Assembly: GCF_006345805.1 (NCBI RefSeq)
Contig: NC_042997.1
Coordinates: forward strand, 127,720,001 to 127,784,000
Reading direction: 5' to 3'
Length of the DNA stretch: 64,000 bases
From: Octopus sinensis
Lineage: Eukaryota
The notes under the pieces were generated by a model. It had not been told where the DNA came from. It made no database searches and worked only from the letters and a program-made list of their open reading frames with translations. Shown here one piece after another: positions 23,498-37,734 of the stretch; positions within the stretch are counted from its first letter, which is position 1, and every line of letters starts with the position of its first letter. The position numbers were made by a program, and so were the translations under genes.

Positions 23498-24989
23498 GCT
23501 TTTATCCATGCGCACTACTTCACATACGTATGATAAATTATTGTCATGTGATACTCCCACACGCTTCTATACATTCACATACATATATTTCCTATTTTTA
23601 TCGTCTGTTCTTTGTAATTAAAACTTCTTGTATTTCTTCTTTACATGTTTTTTTTATTTCAACCAATAACAATTTCGCTTGGCCCTCGCTAATAAAAGAA
23701 ATCTTGATCTTTGTCAATATACATTCTTTATGTAATGGCAAAACTAATAGTGAGAATTGAGTTCCAGCAGAGACCAATCGAAGAAATGACAGGGCCAACC
23801 TACTCATTACAGCAAGTTACTAATAAACGATAAATAATCAAGTTGCTATGGCAACAGGAACTTTCTACATAAACGTAGACCATGTTTCTAAATTCATCAC
23901 TATATAATGTTCAGAGAACTGTTTTCATTATCTGAATTACTATTTCACTTCATTTATTTGATTTCTCTTCCATTGTCAAACTACATTTATTTATTTATTT
24001 ATTTATTTTATATATACACATATATATACTTTTTCTTTTTTCATTTTCCGCACAATCAGTTGCTTTATTACTGTTTTTTTAAATTAGTATTTTGGCGAGT
24101 CTTTAAGGAATTTCACATAACCAAATATTTATGGAAAAATAAAAAGAAAGTAAAAAAAATATAGAAAAGAAGAAATGAAATTCTTTCATTAATGAATTGA
24201 AGTTTTTCTTTCAATTAATTTTGTATTTTCTCTGACCTTTGTACCTTGTAGAAATTAACTTTGGAATCGATAACCAAAAACAGCGACTTCCAACCTCTCT
24301 CTCTCCTAAATAGACGTCGATGAATGTCTCACAGTGATTTTGGTGTAAAAGGAGGGTATCAATAAATTTGGAAATATCAATTCATATAAACTCTCTAAAG
24401 ACAAAAACATAGAAAACGACTTGATTTTGCTGTGGTTAAAGAAAGAAATAATGGAGTACATAAGTTGATATTAATGTCTAAAGGGTCAGCATTTAGCAAG
24501 TGGAAGTTGAGTATCAATTCCAGGTTACCGTCATGAGTTATTTAAATTTCTGAAAGCTTCTTGTTCCAATAGAATAGCAGTGTCAGTTATTTTATATAAA
24601 GCAGACATCACGCATGAAGACATTTAGATTGCTGAACATTAGGATGGACAAAAGAAATAACTGAAGTGCTTTGGAGTTGCAATGTTAATCAGCGACAAAG
24701 GTATAAGAATTGACAACATTTTTTTGGTCTGGGATTCATCAAAAGATAAATTATAAAAGAGAGATACCAGATCAATAAAGTCTAATATGTGAAAATAGGT
24801 AGACGTATGTTGGAAGTTACAGATTAATCGATTCAAGATTCTAATCATATCACTTCAGCTACCATACTAAGGCCTTTTAAACGGCATAAAAAACGACAAC
24901 TATTTTCAGGTCTACCGGAAAAGGCAGCAGAAAAATAAACCTAGTGCAGTGTTATTAGACTGACCTAATGTGTTTGAATATATGAAACG

Positions 24990-25190
24990 AAATATTAAAT
25001 TTTGGTTTAAACACAAAGGAGGCAATTTTGAGAGGAAGAGTTATCAACTTCTGTATTTTATTGATTCCGAAGGGATGAAATGCAAAAATTGATCTCGGTG
25101 GAATTTGAAATCCAAGCATAAAGAACCGGAACAAATACCGAAAAGCACTTCTTCTGATGCTCTAACAATTCTGCCACCAGGCTGCTTTTG
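24990..25190 (-). mobile_element. Diverged SINE family A
   Basis: gggatgaaatgcaaaaattgatctcggtggaatttgaa core. Confidence 0.6.
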
Positions 25191-25234
25191 TAAGATATGA
25201 TACTAGTGGTTGATGACCTCACGCAAGATAAGGA

Positions 25235-25425
25235 ATGCGGCGAGCTTAGCGGTATTTCGTCTGCCGTTACGTTATGAGTTCAAATTCCGCCGAGGTCGAC
25301 TTTGCCTTTTATCTTTTCGGGGTCGATAAATTAAGTACAAGTTACGCACTGGGGCTGATGTAATCGATTGAAACCCTTTGTCTGTCCTTGTTTGCCCCCT
25401 TTATTGCCCACTGTGGGAAATAAAG
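25235..25425 (+). mobile_element. SINE family A
   Basis: Family core. Confidence 0.8.
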
Positions 25426-25789
25426 ACATAAATATTTTTCATGTAGATCATCGTTATGTGGGTTATTTATACATGATGTACGTATGTATGTATGTATGTA
25501 TGTATGTATGTATGTATGTGTGTGTGTATGTATGTATGTATGTGTGCATGTATGTACATACGTATGTATATATGTATAGATGCATGTAATATATACACAT
25601 ATACATACACACACATACGCACACTTACGCTTGCACACATGTATTTATATGTACAAATACCATAAGAGATGGTAGTTTCTCATAGCCTGAGAAAAACGGT
25701 TTGCACACAATATTTGTTTATAGGGATCAAAGGTTCATGCTGTACGTTAGCACACTCTCTCCATCAAATCGACATTGCTTTAACAGGTG

Positions 25790-25925
25790 CACGAAGTACC
25801 AAGCGTGAGGTGTCGAAGAGATCGCAGAGCACCGTGAGATGAAGTGTTTTGCTCAAGAACACAATTCCCCACCCGGTCTAGGAATTGAAACCACGATCTC
25901 GAGATCATGGGTGTAATACCCTGAT
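25790..25925 (-). mobile_element. SINE family C head fragment
   Basis: gaagtgttttgctcaagaacaca...ggaattgaaaccacgatc. Confidence 0.6.
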
Positions 25926-26254
25926 CATACATACATACATACATACATACATACATACATACATGCATACATATCATATCGTTGCTATTATGCAAAAGTA
26001 TCGTAAGTCCAAAACTGCTTTTTCAGAAAACGAAAAAATTGTTTCATCATTCCATAGCAAAACGGTTGTGTTAAACTGCGACAATCTTTGATATTTCGGC
26101 ATCTGAAGCAGTTGGAGATACGATAGTTTGACCAAAAGAACCGGCTATTGCAAGCAAAAATAAATATTTCAAAAAGCGCATTTGACCAAATTTGGACACA
26201 CGACAGTTTAAGAAATAGCAACGACACACACATACGCACACACGCACACTCACA

Positions 26255-26301
<47 letters not shown>

Positions 26302-26514
26302 TCACAAATGCACTTATATCCCAAATATTATTAATTATGATATATAGACGGTTATCTTCATTTGATACAACCTAAATTGAATATACCGGATTTGTATTCA
26401 ACCGGGCGGCTATACGCAGCATCAGTGAATATTTTATCCACTAATTCCTAAAGTAGAAGGGGCGATTTCTGGTCGGAGCATAGGGCTGGTTTCGAGTATA
26501 TATATATATATATA

Positions 26515-27132
26515 TATATCCTTAAATCCTTAAATCCTTAAAAATGTTTCAGCCCGAAAGCTGCGGTCATGCTGGGGCACCACCGTTGATTGTGCTACAC
26601 TAGTATGTGAAACCCCCTCTGATAAGGGGCACTTGGCCAACAAGGGAGTTCGACGCAGCTGCCCGCATCTGTGTTTCCTATCGAGAGGTAAGTTCATCTG
26701 GAACCCCTGACAAGAAGAGATCGAGTTTAGTTTTAAAAACCCACATCCACACCATGCAGTTCTCTCAGGCATTTAGGAAGGACATTGATGAGCTGTGGTC
26801 CTCTGAAACCCAAGCTACTGCAGTACCTGGTCCTGTATTTTGATGGTGATGCTGGGATCTTTGGCAACATGCAGTGGCGCCCCGTTCTGCTGTTGGGGGT
26901 AACTTTGGGACAAGGCCGTCCAGGATTTTCCAGATGTATATCACTGCGTATCTCTCCCGCCTTCACTACAGGAAGAAGAGTTTTAATACTTTCAGTCTTT
27001 CCCTGTAGCTGATATGTTGCATTGAGACGATCTTCTTAGTGTAGCTTCGTCGGATTGCTTCGAGTTCTGCTGTTAACTTTATATTGTGTGGTGACCATAG
27101 TTGAGAACAGTAGCCCAAGCGACTGAGGACGA
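26515..27132 (-). mobile_element. CR1/L2-group LINE 3' fragment
   Basis: LGYCSQLWSPH...SYRERLKVL...SLGFRGPQLINVLP...KLDLFLSGVPDE...RAAASNSL; tail ggtgccccagcatgaccgcagc...ctgaaac plus (ttaaggat)n. Confidence 0.85.
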
Positions 27133-27315
<183 letters not shown>

Positions 27316-27327
27316 AATCTGCTGAGA

Positions 27328-27650
27328 GATCCCCTTCGGTCATGTTTGACCATGGGATTGCACCTAGAAAGTTACCCTCCCCGGCACAAGTCCGAGCAAG
27401 GTTGTTTATGGAAGACCAGCAGTCGCCCATGCATACCAGCCTCCCCTCTCCACGCCACCAATGTTATCCAAGGGAAAGGCAAAGGCCGATACAGCTTGGC
27501 ACCTGTGACGTCGCAACTCATTTCTACAGCTGAGTGAACTGGAGCAACGTAAAATAAAGTGTCTTGCTCAAGAACACAACACGCAGCCCGGTCCGGGATT
27601 CGAACTCACAACCTCACGATCGTAAGCTCGACGCTCTAACCGCTGAGTCA
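27328..27650 (-). mobile_element. tRNA-headed SINE (C-type head, RTE-like tail)
   Basis: Minus-strand head cagcggttagagcgtcg...gagttcgaatcc; CORE-like cttgagcaagacact. Confidence 0.75.
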
Positions 27651-28465
27651 TGTGTGTGTGTGTATGTGAGAGACCATCGCTTGACAACGAGTATTAGTTT
27701 GTTTACGTCCTCGTAAATTAGCAATTCGGTAAAAGAGAAACCGATAGAATAAATATATGATTGTAAACAAAATTGTACTGGGGCAGAGTGTCCGGCTTCT
27801 CTTAACATGGCCGCAGTACAACGACTCAAACAAATAACAGAAAAAAGTGGTGTGGTCATTGCTGGCTGACATGCTTTAGGTCAAAGATCAGTTCCGTTAA
27901 TGCTGACATGAGTGAGATAAACTGCAACAATCAGCTATTGATTAGCCAAATGGATGCTTCTGTGAGATGCAAAAAGCCTGTTGAAGTCATTGATCTCGAA
28001 TGCATGTAAATAAAAGACATTTACACTGATTACACGCGGAGAAAGTAATTTTGTCCTCAAAGACAAAATATTCCGGTGAAACAGTTGAGTTAACATTAAA
28101 GTCTATATAACGACGTTGTTGCTATTTCGTTCATGTGATAATTGTTTCGTTACTTGAAGAATCGGGAAGCTTGAAATAGCTGCAGGAAAGCTAGTTAATA
28201 ATGTTTTTAAAGGATCCACACATTTAGCATAACCTCGCACAGAAGGACAGAAAATTAATAAAAAAATAAATACATGAAAAACAAATAGATAGAGTGCAAG
28301 AGAGGAGATATACGGATAAAGAGACTTATATATAACGAGATAACGGATAAAGATACATACATAACGTGATAAATAGATAAGGATATATATATATATGTGT
28401 GTGTGGAGGGTGTGTATATACACGCATATATATGTGTGTATGTGTGTGTATGTAAGCGTATGCTA

Positions 28466-28498
<33 letters not shown>

Positions 28499-28529
28499 CA
28501 AGTGTGTGTGTGTGTATGTGTGTATGCTA

Positions 28530-28564
<35 letters not shown>

Positions 28565-28821
28565 CACGTGTGTGTAAGTTTGAGTGAGTGTATGTGTGTG
28601 CATATACGGCATATAACCAGAGGATTATTAAATTGACGTTTAAGATAACTAATTCTAGAACACTGTTAACATCTTATCTTTCGTCAGATATGCGTTCAAC
28701 TTCATGTCTTTTTTTCTTTAAAATACCCACAGGTAGCTGCCGGTGTGTATATAGCCTCGAGAAGCAGAACAGAACACAAGTAATTAAAAATAAATCCGTT
28801 AGCTTCCTATTCTTTCTCACA

Positions 28822-28914
<93 letters not shown>

Positions 28915-29257
28915 CACACATATGTACAAATGGTAGCATATGTATGTATGCGTGTGTACATGAATGTACATATGTATGTATATGTATTATGTATGTATAC
29001 AAATGTATATATGTATTATATATGTATATACAAATGTATGTGTATATGTATATATGTGTGTGCGCGCGTGTATAATACACACACACGTTTATATATTCAC
29101 ATATGCATATATGTATATGTGTATATCTGTATGTATATATGTATGTATGTATGCATATGTGTATGTATATACATATTTGTTTGTGTGTGTATGTATTTGT
29201 CTGTCAATCTATCCCCCTTCTCTTACTCTCTTTATCTCTTCTCTCTCTCTCTCTCTT

Positions 29258-29314
<57 letters not shown>

Positions 29315-29629
29315 TATATATATATATTATATATATATATATATACAGTGGGAGGTGCGGGTGAGACGTGGGGAGCGAGAAGATGGCGAGCAAACTAGTA
29401 TGAGTATTTTCAAAAAGTCATGATGTTGAATGCGTACCTGACCAAAGATAAAGTTTTGAAGTATATCTCTGATTTATTCAGTTTAAACATCTAGTTCAGA
29501 ATCTTCTTATATATACTCTACCTCTCCTTATCCCTTTACCTCTCTGGGTCAATCTAATCGACTGGCCCCCTCCTCCAAAATTTCAGGACTTGTGCTTATT
29601 GTAGAAGAGATTATTTTTCGAAGTTAAAG

Positions 29630-29830
29630 GCAGTGAACTAGCAGAATCATTAGCTTATCGGACAAAATGCTTAGGACATTTCTCCCGGCTCTTTTCACTC
29701 TAAGTTCCGCCGAGGTCGACTACATTCTTTGGGGGAAGATAAAATGCTACCAGTTTAGCAGTGAAGCGCTGTAATCATCATCTTACTCCACCCTAACACT
29801 GCTAGCCTTGTGCTAAAGTTTGAAACCATT
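29630..29830 (+). mobile_element. Diverged SINE family A
   Basis: aaggcagtgaactagcagaatcattagc...gttccgccgaggtcgac. Confidence 0.65.
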
Positions 29831-30524
29831 ATTTATTCGAGTTTCATGTTTCTATCTTAATTAATTTACATACACTTTTTTTATTGATGCTTCAGAAATA
29901 TTATGCATTTATGCTAATTCAAAAAGAAGAAATGAACAATGGAAAACGCACATAGTATTGGTTATTAATCGAACATAATAATTATAACGACTAAGCGGTT
30001 CATCATCATCATCATAGATCGTCTGTCAAAATCGATGATAACTGTCCATATGCAAAGACTAGTGTTATAGTATCAAGATTGGATCGATCTTTTTCATAGT
30101 TTTGCTCTGAATTGCTGTGGACAAGCTGTAGTTACCAATGTTTAATCTCTTCCATGGTTCCTCATATCACAAATATCCTATTGTGAGTAGAGCATATGCC
30201 TTAGTAACCAGGTTTTCTCCATTCTTTAGACATATCCGGCTCAGCAGAGATTGTCCTGTATACGTTACACAATACATGAACTGCTACGTGCTAAGCTTGT
30301 TGTTTTGGTCCAGTTGCTTTCTACCTACTGTCGACTTGAACTTGCTCATCTTACTATGCAGTTCGTCACTGAGTCCACTATTACTACTGACTGTACCAAA
30401 ATAAGCAAAATGGCATGCGCCTATCAGCACTTGCTTATCGAAAGCGATGAGCTAAGTTTATTCCCCTTGACTCAGGTCAAAAACGTGATGATACAGAAGT
30501 ACAACGTTCTGGATATTAATATTG

Positions 30525-30910
30525 TTTCAAATTTGGCACAAGGTCAATAACTCCGGGTTTAGGAAGGAAGTCGATTATATATCAACTGGTACTTATTTTA
30601 TCGATCCGGAAAGGATAAAAGGCAAAGTCGACTTCGGCCGAATTTGAACTCAGAACGTAGCGGCAGACGAAATACCTATTTCTTTACTACCCACAGGGGG
30701 CTAAACACAGAGAGGACAAACAAGGACAGACAAACGGATTAAGTCGATTGCATCGACCCCAGTGCGTAACTGGTACTTATTTAATCGATCCCGAAAGGAT
30801 GAAAGGCAAAGTCGACCTCGGCGGAATTTGAACTCAGAACATAACGGCAGACAAAATACGGCTAAGCATTTCGCCCGGCGTGCTAACGTTTCTGCCAGCT
30901 CACCGCCTTA
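30525..30910 (-). mobile_element. Composite SINE family A
   Basis: Two cores, young and CpG-rich. Confidence 0.85.
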
Positions 30911-31054
30911 ACTTCGAAAAATAATACTAATATTGAGGAATAGAGATTTCAGCGGGAATTGAACCTCGAATTATCCTGTTAATTGATGCCTTGAAATCAA
31001 TGTTCAAGTTATTATATGCGAAAGTAGATCAAGATAAAGATATTCATTTCTACC

Positions 31055-31200
31055 CGAAGCACAAGATCCGAAATTTGGCGGGTTGGGGTGAGGGTGGCTA
31101 ATAGATTACGATGACCCCCGGTGCTTGACTGGTATTTATTTTTTTCGACCCCGAAAGGTCGACTGCGACAGAATTTGAACTCAGAACGTAAAGACAGAAT
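31055..31200 (-). mobile_element. SINE family A fragment
   Basis: Family tail and partial core. Confidence 0.65.
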
Positions 31201-31532
31201 GAATCAAGATAAAGATATTAAAAAAATAATTTGACGTACCTTGACTTATATCTTCCTAGGTACCCATAGGTGCTTTCTATTATTTCCACGTACCCTGTTG
31301 TTGCTTTAGGTTAACTATAACAGCAACACGCTTGTTGCTGTTGATGATGCTTCTATTACTATGACATAACAATTTGATTACCTGGTGTTGGCAGGGTACC
31401 AGTTGAAAGCTATATCAAGATATTTGTTTCTATTTTTATTCATTTTATTTCGCGTTTCATACTAAATATATTCAATATCTTTGCTCACGCAATCCCATTT
31501 ATTAATTGTTTTGTATTAATGTTATTCTGCAA

Positions 31533-31972
31533 GGACGGCGAGCTGGCGGAATCGTTAAAACGTCAGACAAAATGCTTTGCGACATTTATAAGGGTTCTTT
31601 ATGTTCTGAGGTCAACTTTGTCTTTCATCCCTTCATGGGGTCGATAAAATAAAGTACTAGTCACGTACTGGGGTTGACGCAATCTATTTCTTTACTACCC
31701 ACAAGGAGATAAACACAGAGAGGACAAACAAGAACAGACAAACGGATTAAGTCGATTATATCGACCCCAATGCGTAACTGGTACTTAATTTATCGACCCC
31801 GAAAGGATGAAAGACAAAGTCGACCTCGGCGGAATTTGAACTCAGAACGTAACGGCAGACGAAATACTGCTCAGCATTTCGCTTGGCGTGCTAACGTTTC
31901 TGCCAGCTCGCCGCCTTGGGGTTGACGTAATCGACTAACACCTCACCTCAAGATTGTTAGCCTTGGGTATCA
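31533..31972. mobile_element. SINE A (+) with a nested SINE A (-) at ~31685-31916
   Basis: 16-bp TSD tggggttgacg(c/t)aatc flanks the inner copy. Confidence 0.75.
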
Positions 31973-32574
31973 CATATAAACCTGAATGCACCAAATTGTC
32001 AGGCCTGAAAAGCTAGGAATTTTATTTCATTTGAACTACTTGTGGGAAAAAAAAGAGATGGATACAGCCGTAGGTTACTGAGTGAATGTAAAATGCTTTC
32101 AATCTCCAGGTGAAGCTTATCTCTATCTTTTACACCGCTAACGTCCCCCAGGAAAAACAGAACAACTTGCTATTTTCCACTCTTTTTGGTGCTTAGTTTC
32201 AGAAGAAATCAATTTTTTATAATAGCTGGTCAGCATCCAATAGCAATCATTGATCTCGTTTACTAGCACCATTAGTACCATAGAGAAAGGCATGGAGAAC
32301 ACTGTATCGTATTTCCCTTTACGTACACACACACACGCACACGCACACACACGTACACGCCCCGCTACACACACACACACATACACACACACACGCATAT
32401 ATATCGCTAGATCATGGGTTCGCTTCCCAGACAAAGTGGGGCGTTGCGTTTTCGAGCAAAACACTTCATTTCACGTTGGTCCACTCCGCTCACCTGTGAA
32501 TGGGAAACACTGTAACAGAATAACTGGATTGTGGCCAGCGTTGTATCACAACATGCGATAGTCTGGTCGATACC

Positions 32575-32870
32575 GATAGCGTGGCTTAGTGGTTAGGGTA
32601 ATCGGCTCACGATCGAAAGTTCGTGAGTTCGATTCCCGGCGGCGCCATGTGTACTTGAGCAAGACACTTCATTTTCTTGTACCAATTCACTCAGTATCTG
32701 TAATTCAAAGGACCGGCTTTGTCACATTCTCTGTCACGCTGAATCTCCCCGAGAACTACGTTAAGGGTATACGTGTCTATGGAGTGCTCAGCCACTTGCG
32801 CGTAAATTTCAGGCTGTTCTGTTGATCGGATCAACTGGAACACTCATCGTTGAAACTGGCAGAGTGATAG
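32575..32870 (+). mobile_element. SINE family C
   Basis: gtggcttagtggttaggg...gagttcgattccc...gtcacgctgaatctccccgagaactacgttaaggg. Confidence 0.8.
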
Positions 32871-33008
32871 TTACCGATAGTGTGATATATATATATATAT
32901 ACATAAAAGTAAATAAATGGTACAACGAAGTACCGATATTTTACCCTCACGGGCTATTCTTTACTGGAAAGCAATACTCTCGTATTGCATTACTATTTTC
33001 ATATATAT

Positions 33009-33043
<35 letters not shown>

Positions 33044-33044
33044 T

Positions 33045-33355
33045 ACTCTTCTACTTCTTTCGGTTATTTGACTGTGGATATGCTGGAGCACCGCCTTTAG
33101 CCGAACAAATCGACCCCAGGACTTATTCTTTGTAACCCTAGTACTTATTCTATCAGTCTCCTTTGCCGAACAGCTAAGTTACGGGGACGTAAACACATCA
33201 ACATCGGTTGTGAAGCATTTATAAGGGTTCTTTATATTCCGAGGTCAACTTTGCTTTTAGCCCTTTACGGGGTCGATAAAATAAAGTACTAGTCACGTAC
33301 TGACGTAATCGACTAACACTTCTCCTCAAGGTTGTTAGCTTTGGGTATCACTTTC
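33045..33355. mobile_element. SINE B 3' fragment (-) joined to a SINE A fragment (+) matching the 31583 host copy
   Basis: Shared diagnostic catttataagggttcttt and tactagtcacgtac. Confidence 0.7.
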
Positions 33356-33411
33356 AGATCATTAATATAAACCTTAATGCACTGAATTGTCAGACACATA
33401 AACATATGCAT

Positions 33412-33493
<82 letters not shown>

Positions 33494-33495
<2 letters not shown>

Positions 33496-33904
33496 CAAGA
33501 TAAGAAAATGGAGAAATACATCTAAATCAAATATCAATTACCAGATAATACTCAATCACATACTTTATTAAACCACCACATACGAGACTGCAGGGTTAAA
33601 TATAAAAAGCAGAACAAATCAGTATTCTTATCTACATGGCCGAAACAGCTGTAAGATGTAATCTATACTTATATTTATATTTACTTATATTTATATTCTC
33701 TTTTATATATATTCTACTTATTATACAACATTACTCTTTTATGTACACTTTTTTATGTACATTCCTTTATGTACACTGATTTATTCTGCTTTTTATATTT
33801 AACCCTACAGTCTCTTATGTGGTGGTTTAATAAAGTATGTGATTGAGTATTATCTGGTAATTGATATTTGATTTAGATGTATTTCTCCATTTTCTTATCT
33901 TGTA
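33494..33904. mobile_element. Penelope-like foldback: 130-bp near-perfect inverted arms around a half hammerhead
   Basis: Arms 33494-33623 / 33775-33904 with ~3 mismatches; GAAA-CAGCTG-TA-agatg at 33642-33658. Confidence 0.65.
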
Positions 33905-34098
33905 TTAGTAATTTGTGGTAAATCATTTTACCTTTGCCCATATAATACAGTAAATGAATTGATTGCATCGCAATCATTAACATTTATGTATTAACTTTGT
34001 TGGATACCTCACTAGCAGTATATTGGATGTATGTTATCCCATGGAGGGTTGCATTTACAACCCCTATCTCAATTTGTATATATATATATATATATATA

Positions 34099-34210
34099 CT
34101 AGCAGAATTGCCCGGTGATGCTCGGGACTGAATTGCTTGAAAGTACTGTTAATGATTGCACTGAATTATGATGATTATTCAGGCAAATATTGATATAAGT
34201 TTACGGCGAA
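34099..34210 (+). mobile_element. Possible Helitron-like non-autonomous 5' end
   Basis: After (TA)n: actagcagaattgcccggtgatgctcggg, resembling animal Helitron-type termini; 3' end not found. Confidence 0.3.
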
Positions 34211-34289
34211 TGAATGTATGTGTAAGTGTATAGAAAGCCCCGAATATGTACGTATGCATGTTATATATATATATGTATGCCTGTATATA

Positions 34290-34430
34290 TGTACAAAATC
34301 CGCTGAGAAGGCTTTTGTTGGTCTGAAGCTACAGCAGAAGACACATGCCAAGTCACCACACAGTGGGACTGAACCCAGGACCATGTGTTTGGAACGTAGT
34401 TTGCTACCACACAGCCACACCTGCCCCTAT
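34290..34430 (-). mobile_element. SINE family B head fragment
   Basis: cagtgggactgaacccaggaccatgtg...ctaccacacagccac. Confidence 0.7.
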
Positions 34431-35471
34431 GTATGTGTGTGTGTGTGTGTGTGTGTGCGTATGTATGTATAGGTATATATATTATGCATGTATATATGTG
34501 TATATATATGTGTGTACATATTACATGTACATCTGTATATATACATCTACACATAAAATACAAAATACAAAGTTATGTCTTGATATCGCTAGTGATAACA
34601 ATACTCAAAATATATAACAGACTGGAATCGTAGGCCCGTCTCTTGCAATTTCGATCAATTGGATCTTGTCCTCCCTCTTGTATAGAAGTGTACGGCTGCA
34701 GCGAAATTCATTTTTGGACTTTCTTCTATCGAAGACATTTTAAGAAAAATGCTTCCGTAAAGACGATGAAAATATTGTCAGTTTCCCCAAACAGGGACAC
34801 AATTTAATTTTTAAACAATAACCAAAGCCCCTTCTCCGAAAGAGGGAGGGTTACGGTTTACAATTATTTAACAAATGCAACACAACAACGTTTCCCTGAC
34901 GAGGAACCAACAAACGTGATTACAATAGTCAAACAGTAATAATAACAACAAACCTTTTTAATTTATCCCCATTTATGTGAAACTACTTATTCAAGTTCAA
35001 GTCATTGATGCAATTTTATACGAATTGCTAATACACACACACATAATAAGTGTGAAAAATTGAATATTAATTTGATTAATATGAATTGAAAACCAATGGT
35101 GTAACATATAAGACCATAGCGGATCTTCTTCTAGCAAAAAGGATGACCAGTATTAATGGCTCATCCCTGTTATATAAATACTTTCACTTTAATTGTTGCA
35201 CACTTGCAAAGAGAAAGTAGGAGAAACTGTGGTGGTAATGGAAGGAGTGAATCACTTCAAATAAGAGAGGCAAATCGTAAAATATTGAGTTTTCTCGAAT
35301 TTTTGCTTAACTGGGGGTCAAATTGAAAAAAACTTTACATGCCATGACCCGATCGAATCTACTTGGAAAAATCATAGGTAAATTCCAATTGAAGAAATTC
35401 TATATTGTAGAATTGTATTAAAAAGAAACACGGGAACAGGCAGAGAAAATCTGCCTTTTATCATAAGATAT

Positions 35472-35562
<91 letters not shown>

Positions 35563-35566
35563 ATAT

Positions 35567-36198
35567 GAAGAAAAACAACTTGTTTAAATCTCTCAGCGAG
35601 ACATACAGTAACAGTTCCGAAAAGTAAAGTTTATATGCCAACAGAATATGGTGGTCCTTTAAAGGACGATGTTGCTGTTGTCTAATCTCCAGGAAAACAT
35701 CTTTTTCAGCTGTCTATCGATATACAGTCTGTGTCCGTATAATTTGTAAGGAGGTCATCGCTCTCAACTCCAGCCTTACGTGATACTCACAGATCATGGT
35801 TTCTGAGTGGTTGCTCGTCCTCAGTGTGAGAGAATCACTGGCTGTTGATGAAATCTTTCTCCACTCGCAAACACTATATATTCTTTAAGCGACACACAGT
35901 TACTGATCCCGTATAGAGGAAAACAACTTGTTTTAAATGTCTGAGCTAGAGATATACATTAACAGTACCGAATAGTAATGTTTATTTGCCAACAGAATGT
36001 GGCGGTAACCACTCAGAAATCATGGTCTGTGAGTATCACGTAAGGTTGGAAATGGGAGCGATGACCTCCCTTGCAAACACTATACGGGCACAGACTGTGT
36101 GTCAATAGCCAGCTCGAAAAGATGTTCCCAAGGGCTTAAGCAACAATAACATCGTCCTTTATTGGACCACCACATTCTGTTGGCAAATAAACTTTACT
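35567..36198. repeat. Complex direct-plus-inverted duplication
   Basis: Inverted arms 35623-35812 / 36007-36198; direct repeat 35569-35652 / 35918-36005. Confidence 0.8.
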
Positions 36199-36964
36199 AT
36201 ACATATATATATATATATATGGAAAGATGGAGTGTATTTCCATGTGAGAAAAATATAGGAGAATTTGTTTTGGGATTTGAAAATGCACCTGAATCTCAAA
36301 ACGTGGAGTCGTAAATTTTGCAGGAGATTTATTTACATACCAAACAGGTTTCGACAAAATTTGCTTATGAAATTTTACAAATACGTTTAAGCGAACAATT
36401 ATTCAAATGTTCACAGAAATTTCAGTTTCTCGGGGATACATATACATGCAGAGAGAAAGAAAAGTTCACTTTAATAAATTTTAATTACTTTCTCCTCTCT
36501 ATATGTGTATAGTTTAAGAAGAGAGAACAGAAAACCTAAGTATATTCCTCAGTATCTTAACTAGTGAGGTATTTTATAGATCCGGAAGAATGAAATGTAA
36601 AGTCGATTTTCAAAAGAATATGAATTCAGCATATGAAAGGACATGAGTGGCACCACAAATCCGTCGCTTATTACCACCTTATTAACTCCTTACTGCTTTA
36701 TCTGACATCTTTATTTTCGTATATGAATGCTTATAGTGAGAAGATTATGATGGACCAAAATTCAAGCTTTCTTTTCATGACTCGGGAGTTACGAAAATTT
36801 CAATCGACCAATGCTAGATTTTAATGTAGAGCGCTGTAGCAGGTGCAGTTTCATTTGTCTGCAACCCTAGAAGACACAGACCGAGCGGAGCGGTTTATAG
36901 TTTTGTGCTTATCGGTGAAAATAGTGATGTTTCCGCTAATCAACGAGCTGTAAACAGAAAATCA

Positions 36965-37637
36965 TGCGGCCGCCTGCTTTTGCAGGGACATAGTTAAATG
37001 AAATCGGCCCCGCTAAAGTGTATTCGCAGGTTAAAATGATAAAATACATTAACCTCGTCCATAATAAGTATTTCCATATGAATAAAATAGTCTTTTCTTT
37101 GACGCTAGTCTTTACACTTAACTTTCAAACACGGACGGTCTTTAATGAGTAATTATCCGATAGCATGCTAGGAGACAAAAGTCAACAAAGAATATTGATT
37201 GTCATACTACTTTTTAAAAATTATTAAAAAATAGTTTCAAAAATGTTATTATTTTCATAAGTTTTGGCAGCTAGGACATGGAGAAAAGTTATGTAACTGC
37301 CCCAAGAGCAGAAATCTTGGAATGCAATATGAATACATACAGGTGGTGTTACCCTGAATCTAATGTAGTCTTGTTAAACATAACGTACATCGGGTAGAAT
37401 GGAGACTCAAGTACATCTTACCGTCCATGTTAACACTTTCTCCTAGTCCATGCCGCCCCTTAGCAGAATTTGTTCTCCCACTGGCATACGCACCAGGCTA
37501 CCGATAGGTTGCTATCCTTACCTCACAGATCACTGGCAACCCCAACGTTTCCTTTAATGCCAAAGTAATAATACACACACACATACACACACACACACAC
37601 ACACATACATACATACATACATACATACATACATACA

Positions 37638-37673
<36 letters not shown>

Positions 37674-37691
37674 TAAATACATATATTATAA

Positions 37692-37734
<43 letters not shown>

